Positions 13,111-26,109 of a stretch of DNA of 64,000 bases are shown here, piece by piece. The notes beneath the pieces are model-generated. The model had not been told where the DNA came from, made no database searches, and saw only the letters and a program-made list of their open reading frames with translations. The DNA lies in contig JAAILG010000988.1 of the NCBI GenBank assembly GCA_012026655.1, positions 1 through 64,000 of the forward strand, read 5' to 3'. Position 1 is the first letter of the stretch. The number at the start of each line of letters is the position of its first letter. The stretch comes from Hydrolagus affinis (lineage: Eukaryota). The position numbers were made by a program, and so were the translations under genes.

Positions 13111-15116
13111 CTGGTATATTCCAGATACTATGCTTTGTATTAACATTTTGATGGATTCTGGGCCTGAGGATTCAAAACAAGAATTATATCATAAGACATA
13201 ACAATCTTTATGCAATCTATTACCATTTGAATACCTAATCAACTTCAAACTGCCCTACTGCTGCCCTTCAACTAACTCCAGTTCTAATGAATCTCTTCTG
13301 CATTCACAGTTTTATACAGCCAATGGGTTTGATCTCATTTGATTGAGCTCTCAACGCAAAAATAGTGCAGCACACTGAACCAGCAGAGAGCAACAGTAGT
13401 AAAACTCAAACTTCAAGTGTTATCCACCATTGATTCTGCTGAAGTGGAAGAGTTGGCCCAGCACAAACAGTTAACCAATGAATGAATGAAATATACCTTG
13501 CTTTCCGCTGCTGAATGCCACACAGATGTAAATCACCATGATTCACCAGCGGCTCGAGTGTCCAGATAGGACATGCAAAAGTGCTATTGGAAATGTGCCC
13601 AATGCGGCAAACAGAGAGGTTCTTTATGAATTCATATGTAATAGACTTACATCTGGGCATGCATTTCATTCGAAAACAGTTGCAGAATAAAATAGCGTGG
13701 AGCAAAATGTTGAGTGTTACAAATTTTGCTTGAAAAAAATCATTTGAAAGTGTCAGTTATGTAAAATAACATGTCCCATGCTGATATCTTCCAGTAGCTG
13801 AGATGTGTAACTTCTCAAGCACGTGTAAATAAATTGTATGCTTCGGCATTATAATGGTTCTCAAAACACAGTTTTTCGTGGATTTGTTCATTTATTCTTT
13901 TACTGATTAACTATGTGACATAAAGAATTTTACATGCAGTGGTTGAACATTTTGTGTGTGATTTTCATGTAATTGATGCCCTGCTTGGCATTAAAGCACA
14001 TGTTGTTCTTCAGAATTCCTAAACGTCGCTCTTCTGTTACCTGTTTCAGCTATGAAAAAGAAAAATGTTAAAAGTACATACGCGTGTTCCGCTCATTTAT
14101 TACTAATGTCCTTTCCTGCTTCCTATAGCTAGCTGTAATGATTAGAGTGTGTCTGTCATCTTCAGATAAAGATAAAATGGATAAAAATGGGCAATTAACC
14201 TGATATCCAAACTGAACCTAACTTAGAAGGGGGAAGTAAAAATATTTTTGAGTATGGTCTGAATATGGAATAGGTTAATCTTGCTCAAGGCTCCAACTCG
14301 GGAGATCCTGAAATTCAGTGACATTATAGCACTTGGCTGTGATTAGCAATTATTTGCCTGTTGAGAATGGTGACTTAGATCTGGCCATAACATTACTGAG
14401 GATCGGGAGACTGAAGTACTATATTTTCATTCAATGACTAAAAATAATCTCAATTCTCCTACATTTCGATAAAATCAGATCATTGTTCTTTTCATAGAGT
14501 TGCACACCTCATTAAAACAATTGGGTAATTAAAGATGCCTTGTAAATGCATGAAGCAAAATGAGGGGTTAAAGACAAGGGGAAACAAATTGCACCTGAGT
14601 CTAGATTTACTCTAACTGTATAACCGTTTGGACCATCAGAATTTCGTCCTAACTTTTAAGGTTTTTTTTTAGTTTTAAAAGCAATTAACAGAAAACTGGC
14701 TTCAAATTTAAGGCTGTATTTAAGAATTTTTTAAATTCCAGATGTTGCGAAACGCTAAGAAATGATAGTGAAGCTGGATGCCATGTGGAATTTCTGCCCT
14801 TAGAACAGTACTTAGTGTGAATTTAAGAAAAGCTGTTGCAAAAGACCAATAGATTATAAAGGTGTTAAATGGATTTCTCACATTAGATTTCACAAATACT
14901 GTGGACTAGTTGTTTTTATATTGGAATTATCAGTATGATGAATCTCGATGATATAAGGAAATTCAGCAGAATTAAATCTACAAGATTCTCCAACTGGAAA
15001 GGGATAAATCCTCAGATCTTGAACAAAACATAGTTTCTAGCTAATTCTTTTTTTTAGAAATATAAGCACAAGCAGCTTCTGGGTATTTTGAGGATAGCTG
15101 ATGTTATTCATATTGA

Positions 15117-15345
15117 ATAATAATAATAATAATACTTGCATTTGATGTAGAGCCTTATCGCATTGTCAAAATATTCAAAGTCCTTCACAGGAATTATTGG
15201 AAAGTATATCCATTTGCAGAGTAACGCGGCAACTAATTTGCCCACAGCAACATCCCCCAAACACCCAATAAATGTTTGACCCATTTTACTTTGGAATTGT
15301 TGTTCATGACGCTGGGAGAAACTTTGTTCTATTTTCGAGTAGCGT
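15117..15345 (-). mobile_element. truncated Deu-SINE
   Basis: (AAT)n tail, shared tail motif and degenerate Deu core. Confidence 0.7.
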
Positions 15346-17219
15346 ACAAAATAGTATTTCTTTCAGCAAAGTGCTAATTTCCATCTATTTTCTTATAATT
15401 AGCTCATTGTTTTATCTAGATGTAATTACTAGAGTTGATCGCTATTCATCAACTCAATTCCCTGTATATTTGCTGTAACTTGGACAACAGATATTGGTTA
15501 GCTATTACCAAATTGCAATCAACTGTTCCCAGGTTCCAAGTCCACTGAAGTGCTTTGAATTGTTTTGATGCCATAATTAGGTGCTATGTCAAAGACAAGG
15601 ATTATTATTAACAATGAAAGCTTTTTGATAATAACTTGTAATGCAGTGCCACACTGTGTAAACACTGCCTTAGTGTTGCAGCTAATGGGGGTCCGGTTTA
15701 CTATCTGGCTTGAAGAAAACTTTTGATTTACAAAGGTGCCAAGGCTAAAAATATATTTAACTGAACATAAACTGTATTGTGCTATCACAAAAAGGCTCCT
15801 GCAACACAGTGTTAAGGTACAAATTTGCCCGCAGACTGGTTTGTACTAATTAACAACTCTTTTGTGAAGTAACCGAATTCCATTTCCAGGGATGATGTTC
15901 AGTATCTGAGACCACTGTTGATAATCTCATTAAGTCCTCCTCACCTCGTCTTCTCTAGTTGCGATAGCAATGAACAGTGCAATCAATCAACTAAGCGAGT
16001 ACAACCTTGAAACGTCATTGTTGACATCTGAACCTCACAAATTCAAGAGAATTTAGAGCCAAACTCCTGATCCCATTTAAGAGCGGTTTTGTGCTGCATG
16101 TATAATTGCTGCTTTTAATTTCTGCATGGTCAGTTATTTCACCTTTAAAAGCATATAACAATGCTGCAATTGAATCCAGTTATGAAGCCAAGGGTTTCTT
16201 ATACAGGTGGAATTTGATTTTGTTTTTTGCAAAGCTGTGGGCAGCTCCGATTTAAATAAAATGTGACATTACAGAAAATCATTCTTTCCCTCTTTCTGGC
16301 TTCTGCAAATTACAAAGAGTTGCATAGAGTTTCACAGATGGAAGCAGGCTGTTACTTAAATAGATTGGGAGCCAGCTTTGTCAAACAGCTGCAAATGGGA
16401 TCTTAACTGCATTTTAACTTTGACTCTTCACTCTCATCTCTCTATATTCTTTGCTGCTTAAACCAAAACCCCAGTACAAGCTCCAAGTCGTGGCATCTTA
16501 GGGCTTTGGGCCTGGATGTAGACTTTTTAATGAGCTAATTTTAGCTACTATATTTCCGCACGCTGTCACTGGATGAAGCGGAGGTGGGAAGCAAGTTTCC
16601 TTTTATCTTTTATTTACCATCTCATTGGAATCTAATTTCTCTTACTACTGCCTCACCCGCATTTATTTAATTTAATTTTTTCCTCTCATTAACACCATTC
16701 CGCAATCTGCTAATTGGCCATCAGACCTCACTGCTGAGTGTACCATTTTTGGAACCTGTCCCTTTCTCTGGGGTTTTCTGGTTACCATTTCTGTTCTCAT
16801 GTAGGTCTATGTCTGAAAGGCTTAAAACCTAGCTCCTTCTTTCAAGTACCCTGATTTCCAATATTTGTTTTTTTAGCCTGAAATGAACTTGAAATGAAGC
16901 TACTTACAATAAAGGGTAAATCTGATGATTAAATGATAAAGTGTTTCCTAGATTTGTTTGTGTGCCAATGAGAGCTTAAACCACATGTCCAAAACTCAAT
17001 AGTTTGTAAAGATTCTATGGCAGTACATTTTTTCACTTTTTCGACAAGAAGGGTTTAACTTTTACAGTTTTCTTTCCATTACTTCAAAAGTGAAGATTTC
17101 CTCTTCTAAAGAAAAAAAATGGTCTCCAAATGTGAGCAGCCATAGGGATCTAAATTTTGAGACGTCCTCCCCACATGAAAAGTGTTATACATATGTAATT
17201 GTGTTGTTTTTCAAGACGC

Positions 17220-17720
17220 AAGGATGTGATGATAGATCAGACCAATATGGATCAATATGGATTGCAAATCCTATCAGTGGTAGACTGAAAGTGCTTGAGG
17301 TCGTCAGGGAAAAAGTGGGAGGAGTGGGGGAGAGCGGGCTGATTAAACATAAGACCTGTGTAAAAACATTGTTGGTGCTTAAATTCATGGGGACACTCAG
17401 GAAATTTCTCAATTTCCCATATAGGCTTTCCGTCCACTCTTGAATCCTAGAGACAAATGGAGGTCTGTGGGTAGCTCCCTTGATGTAGTTCTTTACATTG
17501 TTTTTCAAATGCTGTTTGAATTATCTATTGACCTGTTTTGCAGAGATGTAGAATGCACCGGAGAGATAGTTGAAAATGCAATTACTGTATATAGATACAT
17601 TTTTCTTGAGTTATTTAAGATGCACAGTTCTGCAGCCACATTCAGCAATGTCAGATTTGATTCTATTTTGACCTTTCCTTTACCCAGGATATCTTTGGAG
17701 TTGAGAGGAACATGAATTTA
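17220..17720 (-). mobile_element. highly degenerate L1-clade ORF2 C-terminal fragment
   Basis: frameshifted translation KISWVKE..MWLQNC..FNYLSGAFYISAKQVN..KQCKE..SRIQEW..SPTPPT follows the motif order of the vertebrate L1 Cys-rich C-terminus. Confidence 0.4.
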
Positions 17721-19799
17721 CCAAATGACTGCAAGTTATATTGTCATGGTGTACATAATTAAATTGTGAGGACTGTGCTTCAGTCCATGTGCAAGCGATT
17801 ATTTCATCTCTTTTCCAAGCAACACTGGTGAGCAATCTGACACACCTTATTATGAATCCTGTCCAGGCTACAATTACATTAGTTCAGTAAAAGATAATGT
17901 AATATACACACTCCAGCAGAAGTCTAGTTGGAGACATTCCTACCGCAAACAAATTACTGAGCTGGAATAGTGCAGATTGTCAGGCAAGTCTAAACCTTGG
18001 TAAAATCTTGGTAATTTTTCCCTGCTTTTTTAATGAGCTTCTCTGATAGCCTTTGTGTTCTTTAAATATCCTAGGATGGAAGTGATTTTATTGTGAATGG
18101 CTGTTCCCCTCGCTACCCTCAGCATCCTTTTACTTGCCCCTCCCAGCTCTATGATATACAAAACTGACCCCATCAGAGATGAAAACCTTGATGCAGACCT
18201 TCTTTCCAATTGAATATGAAGGTAAACAGGTTGCAGACTGTCATTTGCTGTAGTTTGGATGAGCGGGTCACTGTGAGATAACGTTAAAATAAAGTCTCTC
18301 CAGAGAATAACAAATGAAATCCATTCTTAATTAATTAACAATTGCAATCAGGTCCTCCTGTCTGCCTGTTCAGGTAGACCTTAAAATAATCCAGTGGCCT
18401 ATTCAAAAAGAGAAGGTCCTTGCTTCCGGTGTCTAAGTCAATAATTCCCCCAAATAAAACCAGTTATTTACTTCATGGTTGTTTGTGGGACACTGTTGTA
18501 TGTAAATTGGCTCCCAAGTTTGCCTACACAGTCCTACACTATCCGGAAAATGAGACATTTTGACACAATAACATGCTCCAGTATATCAAAGGCAAGAATG
18601 ATTGTTATCCTATGAGTTTTATACTTTTATTTTTCCATCTTATCCCTGCGCACATAATTACCATTATTTGGTGATTTCTGAAAATCCTTTATAACTTGTG
18701 CCTCACTTCATATAACTTAATGTCATATTACCGAAAAATATAGGCAAGCATTTAGAATGCTGCTATTATATGAAGTATGTATGTCACATTTTTATTTGAA
18801 GTGCTGCCATACTCTTCAAAGGGTGTTGTTCAGTTCTAACAATACGTCTGTAACATGTGTCCATGATAATTGAAGTGAACACTTGCAGAGCAATAGCTAG
18901 TTGTCTGCTCTTCTTTTTTTCTATGACCAGTGGAAAAGCTTTGTGTAGGTGTAATTGAATCTTAGGAAGATTATATTAAATTATACGAGATGATGGATAT
19001 TAAGGTAATAAATGATCTACAGTGAACATGTATTATGTTGGCCATCAAAACGGAACAGTGTCTCGTTGACTAAATGCTTTTGTATCTAAGTAACTAATCA
19101 GAGCCTACGGTAAAAGCCACTTGAAACAATGGGTGACATTTTCAAAGTGAGTACCATCAATCGTTTTCCTGACATTTCCCGTTTTTTGATGGCTTTTGTG
19201 ATTTGGTTATTTGCAATTGTAATAAAGCAACTCATTTAAATATTACTGCAATTAGGTTTAACCCTGGAGAATAGCTGCGTACTTTTAAAAGCATTGCTTT
19301 TAAAGTGAAATGTTGTCAAAAATGATCTGATAGGAGATTAATGTACTGTGATCTTTGAATCCTGTCATCCAAATTGAATGTGTAAGTAACATGATTTCAT
19401 TCACTACTATAAGAGGAACATTCAGCAGACTGTGTCCTTTTTTTTACCCTGTTAATACCAACGGTTTTCAATCAAATGTAATTAATGTTTGATAACATCA
19501 ACTTATTGTTAGTGGATGAATCAAAATCCATTTAGAAATTAAATACTCTTAAAATGTGATTTTATCAGGGAATTGATCTGATTGACTTTTTGGGTAATTG
19601 GATCCTATTTTTAAAATTCTATTAGCATGGAACTCAGTTGCACAGAAGCATTTATAGTTCAGTCCAGCATTTTGAAACCATATCTGTTTGAGTTTGCTCA
19701 CCTTCTGTTTGAGTTTGCTTTGTACAGTTTTCAGGAGCCTAATATTGATTTGTTTCAAGGAGTCAAAGTAGAGAGAAAAAAAACAGGCACAGTGATGAT

Positions 19800-20080
19800 G
19801 CTTTGCCCCAGCTGTCTACTAAACGGTTGTAAAGTTAGTTGATCTTAGCCATGCTTGCTAACAATTGGCTTCAGACTCCAGACCCTCTACTTGGGGAGAA
19901 AATTAGTGAGCGTCTTGTTCCCAATCATCAACCATTGACCCTTGCTGGTAAATGCACAAGTGGATGTTAGGTGAATACAATGATGCTTGCCACAGTCAGA
20001 TAGTCCATTAAGAATTATCTTCTCACATAATAAAAGGTACTTGAGTGAGGAGCTACTGAGCTTAGACTGCCTTCAGCAAA
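19800..20080 (+). mobile_element. ancient SINE of a second family (fragment)
   Basis: ttagttgatcttagc...acaattggc...gacccttgctgg motifs; related pieces near 39475, 50100 (-) and 52750. Confidence 0.4.
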
Positions 20081-21604
20081 GGAAAAGAGGGAAGGTTTGG
20101 GGGGAGGGGGTGGGTGGAATTCATGCGCTCGTTGTTACTTGTGCTTCTGATGTCTGGGATTCTAAATGAGGGAATTTTCCATTAAGAGAAACAAATTTAA
20201 GACCAATTTGTTGAGGTTGATGATTGATAATGCAAGTGAAGCTCCATGATTGGTCATTTATATGAAATCAACGCTGAAATTTGCGACAACATAATCTGTC
20301 TGTACTAATGAAACAAATGATGACCTTTTCTAATGCAGTAAAAGCTACAGAATTATAATCACAGCATTAATACCTTGAGTCGACTGTAGGTGTCTCTTCA
20401 GATTTAACTACAGTACAGTACTTCACCCTAGAAGCATAATGAACATTTGTTTTCATGTTTCCTAGAATGGAACCAGAACATTAAAAAAAATAATAAAGTG
20501 CACAACAGATACCCAGGAGTAAAGGTGTATTGATTAGTTTGTTAAAAGTATAAGCTTGTATAAGTGGATAAATAGGCTGAAGCTCACCTGTGTCCTGTGC
20601 AACTGTGCACATAACAGCAAATAGGACAGCAAATGATCACTAAATAATTCAACCTGCATTTTTATTTTGCCGACCAATCACGGTAATGTTTCTCAGGATT
20701 GAAAAGCACTTTGTTCATTGTACTCCTGTGGAGATGCCCTACGTGGTGTCCTCGCGTCTTTGATTACTTACGGTACACATCCAAATGACTCAAGTTATTA
20801 AACAGTATAGGGAAGTTAGTTACTTTGAAGTCCAACACAAATATGCTTTGCAAAGCCCACCACTGCGAGACACCTTTAAGGGGAGCATAAAGGTTATTCA
20901 TTGGCAACTCACTGTGACAATGTTTTACATCAGAGCACATTGGAGGAATAAAACTGGAAAATGCACCGTTGGACCCTGGAAGCTGGGAAGCTTAAATAAC
21001 CCTGTTTAATATAGTGATCTGCTCTCTTCCCCTCAAGGTGATGCACAAAATCTAAATTTTTTGAAAAAACAGGAGATGCTGTACACACAAGACTGGTATC
21101 TCCTGATAAACTTCCTCCCAATTTTGTGCTGTCCCTAAGCTGTTACTTCCCACATCAATACCACAGCTACAAGGACACTTTTCTACTGTTTCTAGCAAAG
21201 CAGTAAGCGTTTGCTGTCACCCATCTGCTCTACTGTTGTCTCAAATCATCTATTTGCTACGCACATTTAGGAATCCTTTTTTTTGCTGTTCACTCGAGCA
21301 AGTTGCATTACAGGCAAAGCGATGAATAAATATCCTCACACAGCAGATCAAGTGATCGCAAGGGAAGTGTAGATGAAAAAGCCCTTTTGCCCATTTGATC
21401 ACATTCTTCCAGAGTGTCATTCCCTCTCCGTTGTAGCAAGAGCTGTTTGTACATAAAACGATGTACATGCATGCTGTTTTCCTGCCATTGGTGTGCAGAA
21501 TGTTTAATTGCTCAGAGGAGTGAAGTTATCTGGCGTATGGGCAGAGATAAAGTAAAAGTGACACAGACATTGATAAATCCCTCATATGTGAGCTCGATGT
21601 ATTG

Positions 21605-22200
21605 CATCACCCTGGCTCAGTGATAAAACTCTTGCCCCTGTGACAGAAGGATGGGTCCAACCAACCCCTAATCACTTAGTCTAAACTGACAGTCCAAGCA
21701 GGGGGGTGTGTTTTGCATTTTTGGAGGTGCTATTGTGCGGTTGACACGTTAAGCCAAGTTCCTGTCTGCCTATCCAGGTGGCTGTTAAAGATTCCATGGC
21801 ACTATTTGAAAAGAGAAGTGAGTTTCTCTCCCCCGGTGTCCTGGCCGACAATCCCGCACATAAAATTGGTCACTCACCCCATGGTTGTTTATGGTTTGCT
21901 ATGCACAGCTGGCTGCCACGTTTCTCCCACAAAATAATAATAATAATAATCCTTACATTTATATGGTGCTTTTCACGTCTTATCGATGTCTCAAAGCGCT
22001 TCACAGAATACAGCAGCGTCCCAAGGTTGGGACCAGAGCAGGGGGAGGAGGGGTTGTGGTTGGGGGAAGGAAAGTAGGAAAATTGATTGTATATTTGTGG
22101 GAGAAAATACAGTCTCTATCCCTTACAGTTTATCCTTTGAAGCGCTTCGAGACATCTCGACAACGTGATGAGGCTCCATAGAAAATGCTGGGATTATTAG
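21605..22200 (+). mobile_element. Deu-SINE interrupted by an antisense SINE tail (about 21932-22103)
   Basis: head ctggctcagtg, core ttgctatgcacagctggctgccacgtttctcccac; the host tail resumes at about 22104. Confidence 0.8.
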
Positions 22201-22929
22201 GATGATGATGGTTATTATTATGTTCTTACAAGTCACAGGATCAGCAGATCAACAGCAGGTCCTTATTCAACCCGTTGTGGAGTAGGAGGTGATGATCAAC
22301 AAGCATGATGGTTGCAATTAGCTGTTTCTAAGTCTGTGTTTTTGCTAATGTGTAACATATTCAGCGAATGCCATTCCTCAGAGAGTTTCTACTACAGGAA
22401 TGGGCTGCTGGGTGCATGAATATGATGTGCCTCTATAGTTCCTCTTAGGATCAAACCTCTGTTGGATTATATCAGAGGGATGGTCTTGAAATTATGGTGA
22501 ACTGCCCCAACTGTGCTGCCAGCCACACACGTTAACATTTGTTGGGATTAAGAGTACGTAAGTGTCTGTGTGTGTACATGTTGAATGATATTAAACTATT
22601 GCTGTTTAATTCTATTACAGGCAGATGTGGCTTTTAACTCCCTCACCTTCTCACCCATTCACGACTGCTGAGAGGCTCCTGAAAATCTTTCCAAGTCTAC
22701 TTAACCAAATCTCTGTTTTCTCCTCCTCTATTAATAAAACAATTGAGACGCCGTCCGGCGTGGAGGGCGCTATATAAATCGAATTGCAATGGTGCTTGGT
22801 TCCAATTTTACTTTGCTTTAGAAATTATTTCACAGAGGCTACGGTGAGAAGAGAAGTCAGCATCACTATGTGGAACATCCGGCGTGGAGGACGCTAAATA
22901 AATCCAAGCTGTTGTTGTTGTTGAACATG

Positions 22930-23530
22930 GAGAACCTGTAGGTATGTATTGCATAATGTGCCTTAGTCAATCTGAAACTTAATTGTAAAGTTCTGGAGGG
23001 ACTTAAGTTTGTATGGGAATAGTGCAGCAAAAAAAATCCATACCAGCTTGAGGGCAAACCAGCCCCAGCTTTGAATTTGAACAGGGGCAGATCAGGACTC
23101 CACCAAACTGGTAAGAATAAGGTCATGCTACTGGGGGTGATGAATTGGTGAAAAATCTCATAGTGTAAAATAGGGGAGAGTCATTACAAGTGACAAGCTG
23201 AAGTCAATACATTTTGGACATAGTGCATACTATCCCTAGGAACATTTCAAGAGAAGTTTTAGAACACCCCCAGCGCCTATATATCCGATAAGGCTCTAAA
23301 CAAATGTAATTTTGTTGTTGTAGTATAAAGTCAGTTTATTATAACTACTCAAAGTTTGGACGAGTGAAGCCTGTTTCTAACATGGGTAACTGCAGCTGCC
23401 TTTGTGTGCTTTGCCTGTCGTTTGTCAGAAGTGTGGAAAGTTGTTGCCTACGCTTGTTGAAGGGTTGGCATTCCATATTTTACATCTGACATTTTCTAAG
23501 GAGTTACATTGGCCAGTATGACTTCAACTT
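22930..23530 (-). mobile_element. degenerate L1 ORF2 post-RT (thumb) region
   Basis: minus-strand peptides LQLPMLETGFTRPNFE, LPVWWSPDLP and LQLSFRLTKAHY..YLQV resemble L1 LQLP..GGLxLPNF, PIWxNPxF and LQxKFxL..HF..YLQ. Confidence 0.6.
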
Positions 23531-24060
23531 AGTGTCAGCTTGGCTCAGTTAGTAGCATTCTCATCCGAGTCAGAAAATTTCAAACCCCACGTTGGAACTT
23601 GGAATCCATATGGAAAATGCTGCCACTCCAATGCAGTGCTGGAAAGGTGCTGGTTTGTCAGAGGTGCTCTGTTTCAGATGAGACGTTAAGTGTCTGTCTG
23701 CCTATACAGACGGCTGTTAAAGATCCCATGGACTATTCAAAAAGAGAAGAGGGTTTCTCCTAGTGCCCTGCTCAACAATCCCTCAAATAAAATTGGTTGT
23801 TCGATTTGTGGCTGTTTGCAGGACATTCATAGAATCATAGAATGTTACGGCACAAAAGGAGGCCATTCGGCCCATCGAGTCTGTGCCGGCCCTTGAAAAA
23901 GAGCAATTGCTGTGTATAAACTAGCTGCCGTGTTCGACCACAAAATACACAGAGCCACACTACCTTACAGTATATCCTGTGAAGCATTTTGCATTGGATC
24001 TAGCGCCTTATCATGTCTCGATGTCACGATAAGGCACTATATCAAATGAAAGGATTATTA
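23531..24060 (+). mobile_element. full-length Deu-SINE with a nested antisense CR1 tail (23828-23895)
   Basis: agtgtcagcttggctcagttag head, Deu core and tail; internal catagaatcatagaat...ggccattcggcccatcgag. Confidence 0.8.
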
Positions 24061-24061
24061 T

Positions 24062-25400
24062 ATCTTGCAAAGGGTCTTTTGCCATTGTCTGTAATTTGGA
24101 GATAAGACTGCCACCTGGGGCATTGGTGGTTGGGAAATATTCCTGCTGTAGTTATGGATTCGAATAATTCCTCCATCAGGAATTTCCATATGGAATGTCT
24201 CATCAAATGCAGCGAGGAAGTCATCTGGGCAGAAGTCCTCCCACAGCTGTGGATTGCTCCTTGCACCTCAACAGAGGCAATCAGAATATCCCAACAAATC
24301 GCTGACATTTCCAGCAAGCTTGGAAAGAGAAGAAAGCTGTGAAATCTGGAGAGCTGCTCAGGGGGTTCTCTCCAGAGAGTATTCTCCAAGGTGTAGAAAA
24401 ATTATAAAATTCTCAGTTCATTTGGGTACAGGATAATAACAGCGCCATCCCTTCAGTTTAATTGCTGTGATCCATTTGCTCTGGGCTTGTTGTCATACAG
24501 CGAAGGCCAGCAATCTTCTCAGCTTATCCCTCTGCTTCTAATATTTGGCTTTCATATAATGGCTGGTTCAGTGTACAATTAAAATCACTTCCCACGACGG
24601 CTGTGTGGTTCAGGTGTGGGGCTGCTACTAAAAACCCTTTGATGATGAAGTCTGGCTTGTCATTGCTGAGGTATAAATATTCAGGAATGCTGCTGCTTTC
24701 CCCTGTAATTTCCCCCATTTCCCCACGGCATAGTTACCCCCGAGATCTAAGATGCTTTCATCCACATTAGAAGTTTGATTCATATATCTGCTTTGCTACA
24801 TGTGAAATGAACAATGACGGAGGTTTATGAAACTTGGCGCACCACCACCTTTTAGATTATTATGTGGTTGGATGTGCTGTTACAGGCATGTTATTTATGC
24901 CTGGCCCTTTTTTTAAAAGAAGGGACATTTTGTGCATTTGATGGAAGTGACTTAATAGCCTCTGAAAATTGAGAAACAGCACGAATTGCCGCCAAGCACA
25001 TCGCAAACATTAGCATTAACTTTATTGGCGGATATGTATCATTTTGAGTTGGTGTTTGTGAACACGTGCTCACATATCCACGGCTCTGTACACCTTGATT
25101 GGGAAGCAGTTGCTTCTTCAGCTGCACAACCATCACCTGCAACCACCACTCAATAGGTAGAGATGTGATCTCGACCAGTGGGTAAGAGGTTGGGAAGTGC
25201 TCTCTGGAGTCTGCAAGCTTTGGCTCATGGTAACTTGTATCTCATATTCTCTGAAGTTAGGTATCGGGGGTCTAACCTTGCAGGTAAGAGTACACAATCC
25301 ATTCCATAGATACAGGGAAATCTCCAAATGCATGTCAAGCTCTGTTTGTTTCCTCATGAGCATGACAATGGGTTTCCATATGTCAGGCTGATTTCCCCCC
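24062..25400 (-). mobile_element. L1-clade LINE fossil: ORF1 C-terminus plus ORF2 endonuclease
   Basis: DLGGNYAVGKWGKLQGKAAAFLNIYT / NDKPDF..VVGSDFNCTLN / SRFHSFLLFPSLL are APE-endonuclease motifs; upstream VRPPIPNFREYE..LKKQL resembles ORF1. Confidence 0.75.
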
Positions 25401-26109
25401 GCCACCCCAACCCCCCCAAAACAAAAAGTATTTGTGTTAGGTTACATGATATAGAAAGTCCTCAGTTAACTCAATGAATGATTCATAAAACATTATTTTC
25501 TGAAAATATCCCCCTTCAAATCCAAAGTGTGCACCAAAAGATTGTCATAATTGAGTAGTGTTAACCCTCCCTCTTCCTTTCATTGTTCTGATGAAGGAAA
25601 CTAACCCTCTTCCCAATCACTGAGAGTTGCAACAACATTTGAATCGAGTTTCAAGTCGCTGAAATCAAGTACACAACTACTATAGGAATCAAATACAAAT
25701 ATCAGTGCTCTGCACTCTCAGATTGGCACATATCCCAAGCTTGTTCTAGCCAAGTCTTAGAGAGAGAATGCTGATCATTTGTACAATGTGAACATGGGTT
25801 TCTCAACTTGTCGGTGTTTCTCAACTTGTCGGTGGAACTCTCCTTCAACAGTGATGTCCTCAGTAATTTGCTTTCTTGGTTGATGGAGTGTTGAAATAAC
25901 AGAATGTACTGTTACAGACACTGGAAGATTGGGTGAAAACTTCTAACAGGAGACATTATAAAATGAAAACCACATGTACATGTACACATTCCAGCTTTGT
26001 TTTATTCTAGAATAGGGGCTTAGGAACAGTCTCACCACAAATTAACACAGGAACACTTACTGTAAAAATATGGTCCACAAATTTCTATTAAAGCTGTATA
26101 TATACCACT

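Noticed and set aside
25798-25833. Perfect 18-bp tandem duplication (similar short duplications near 19683 and 49875)
   Set aside because: Ordinary slippage or repair duplications.
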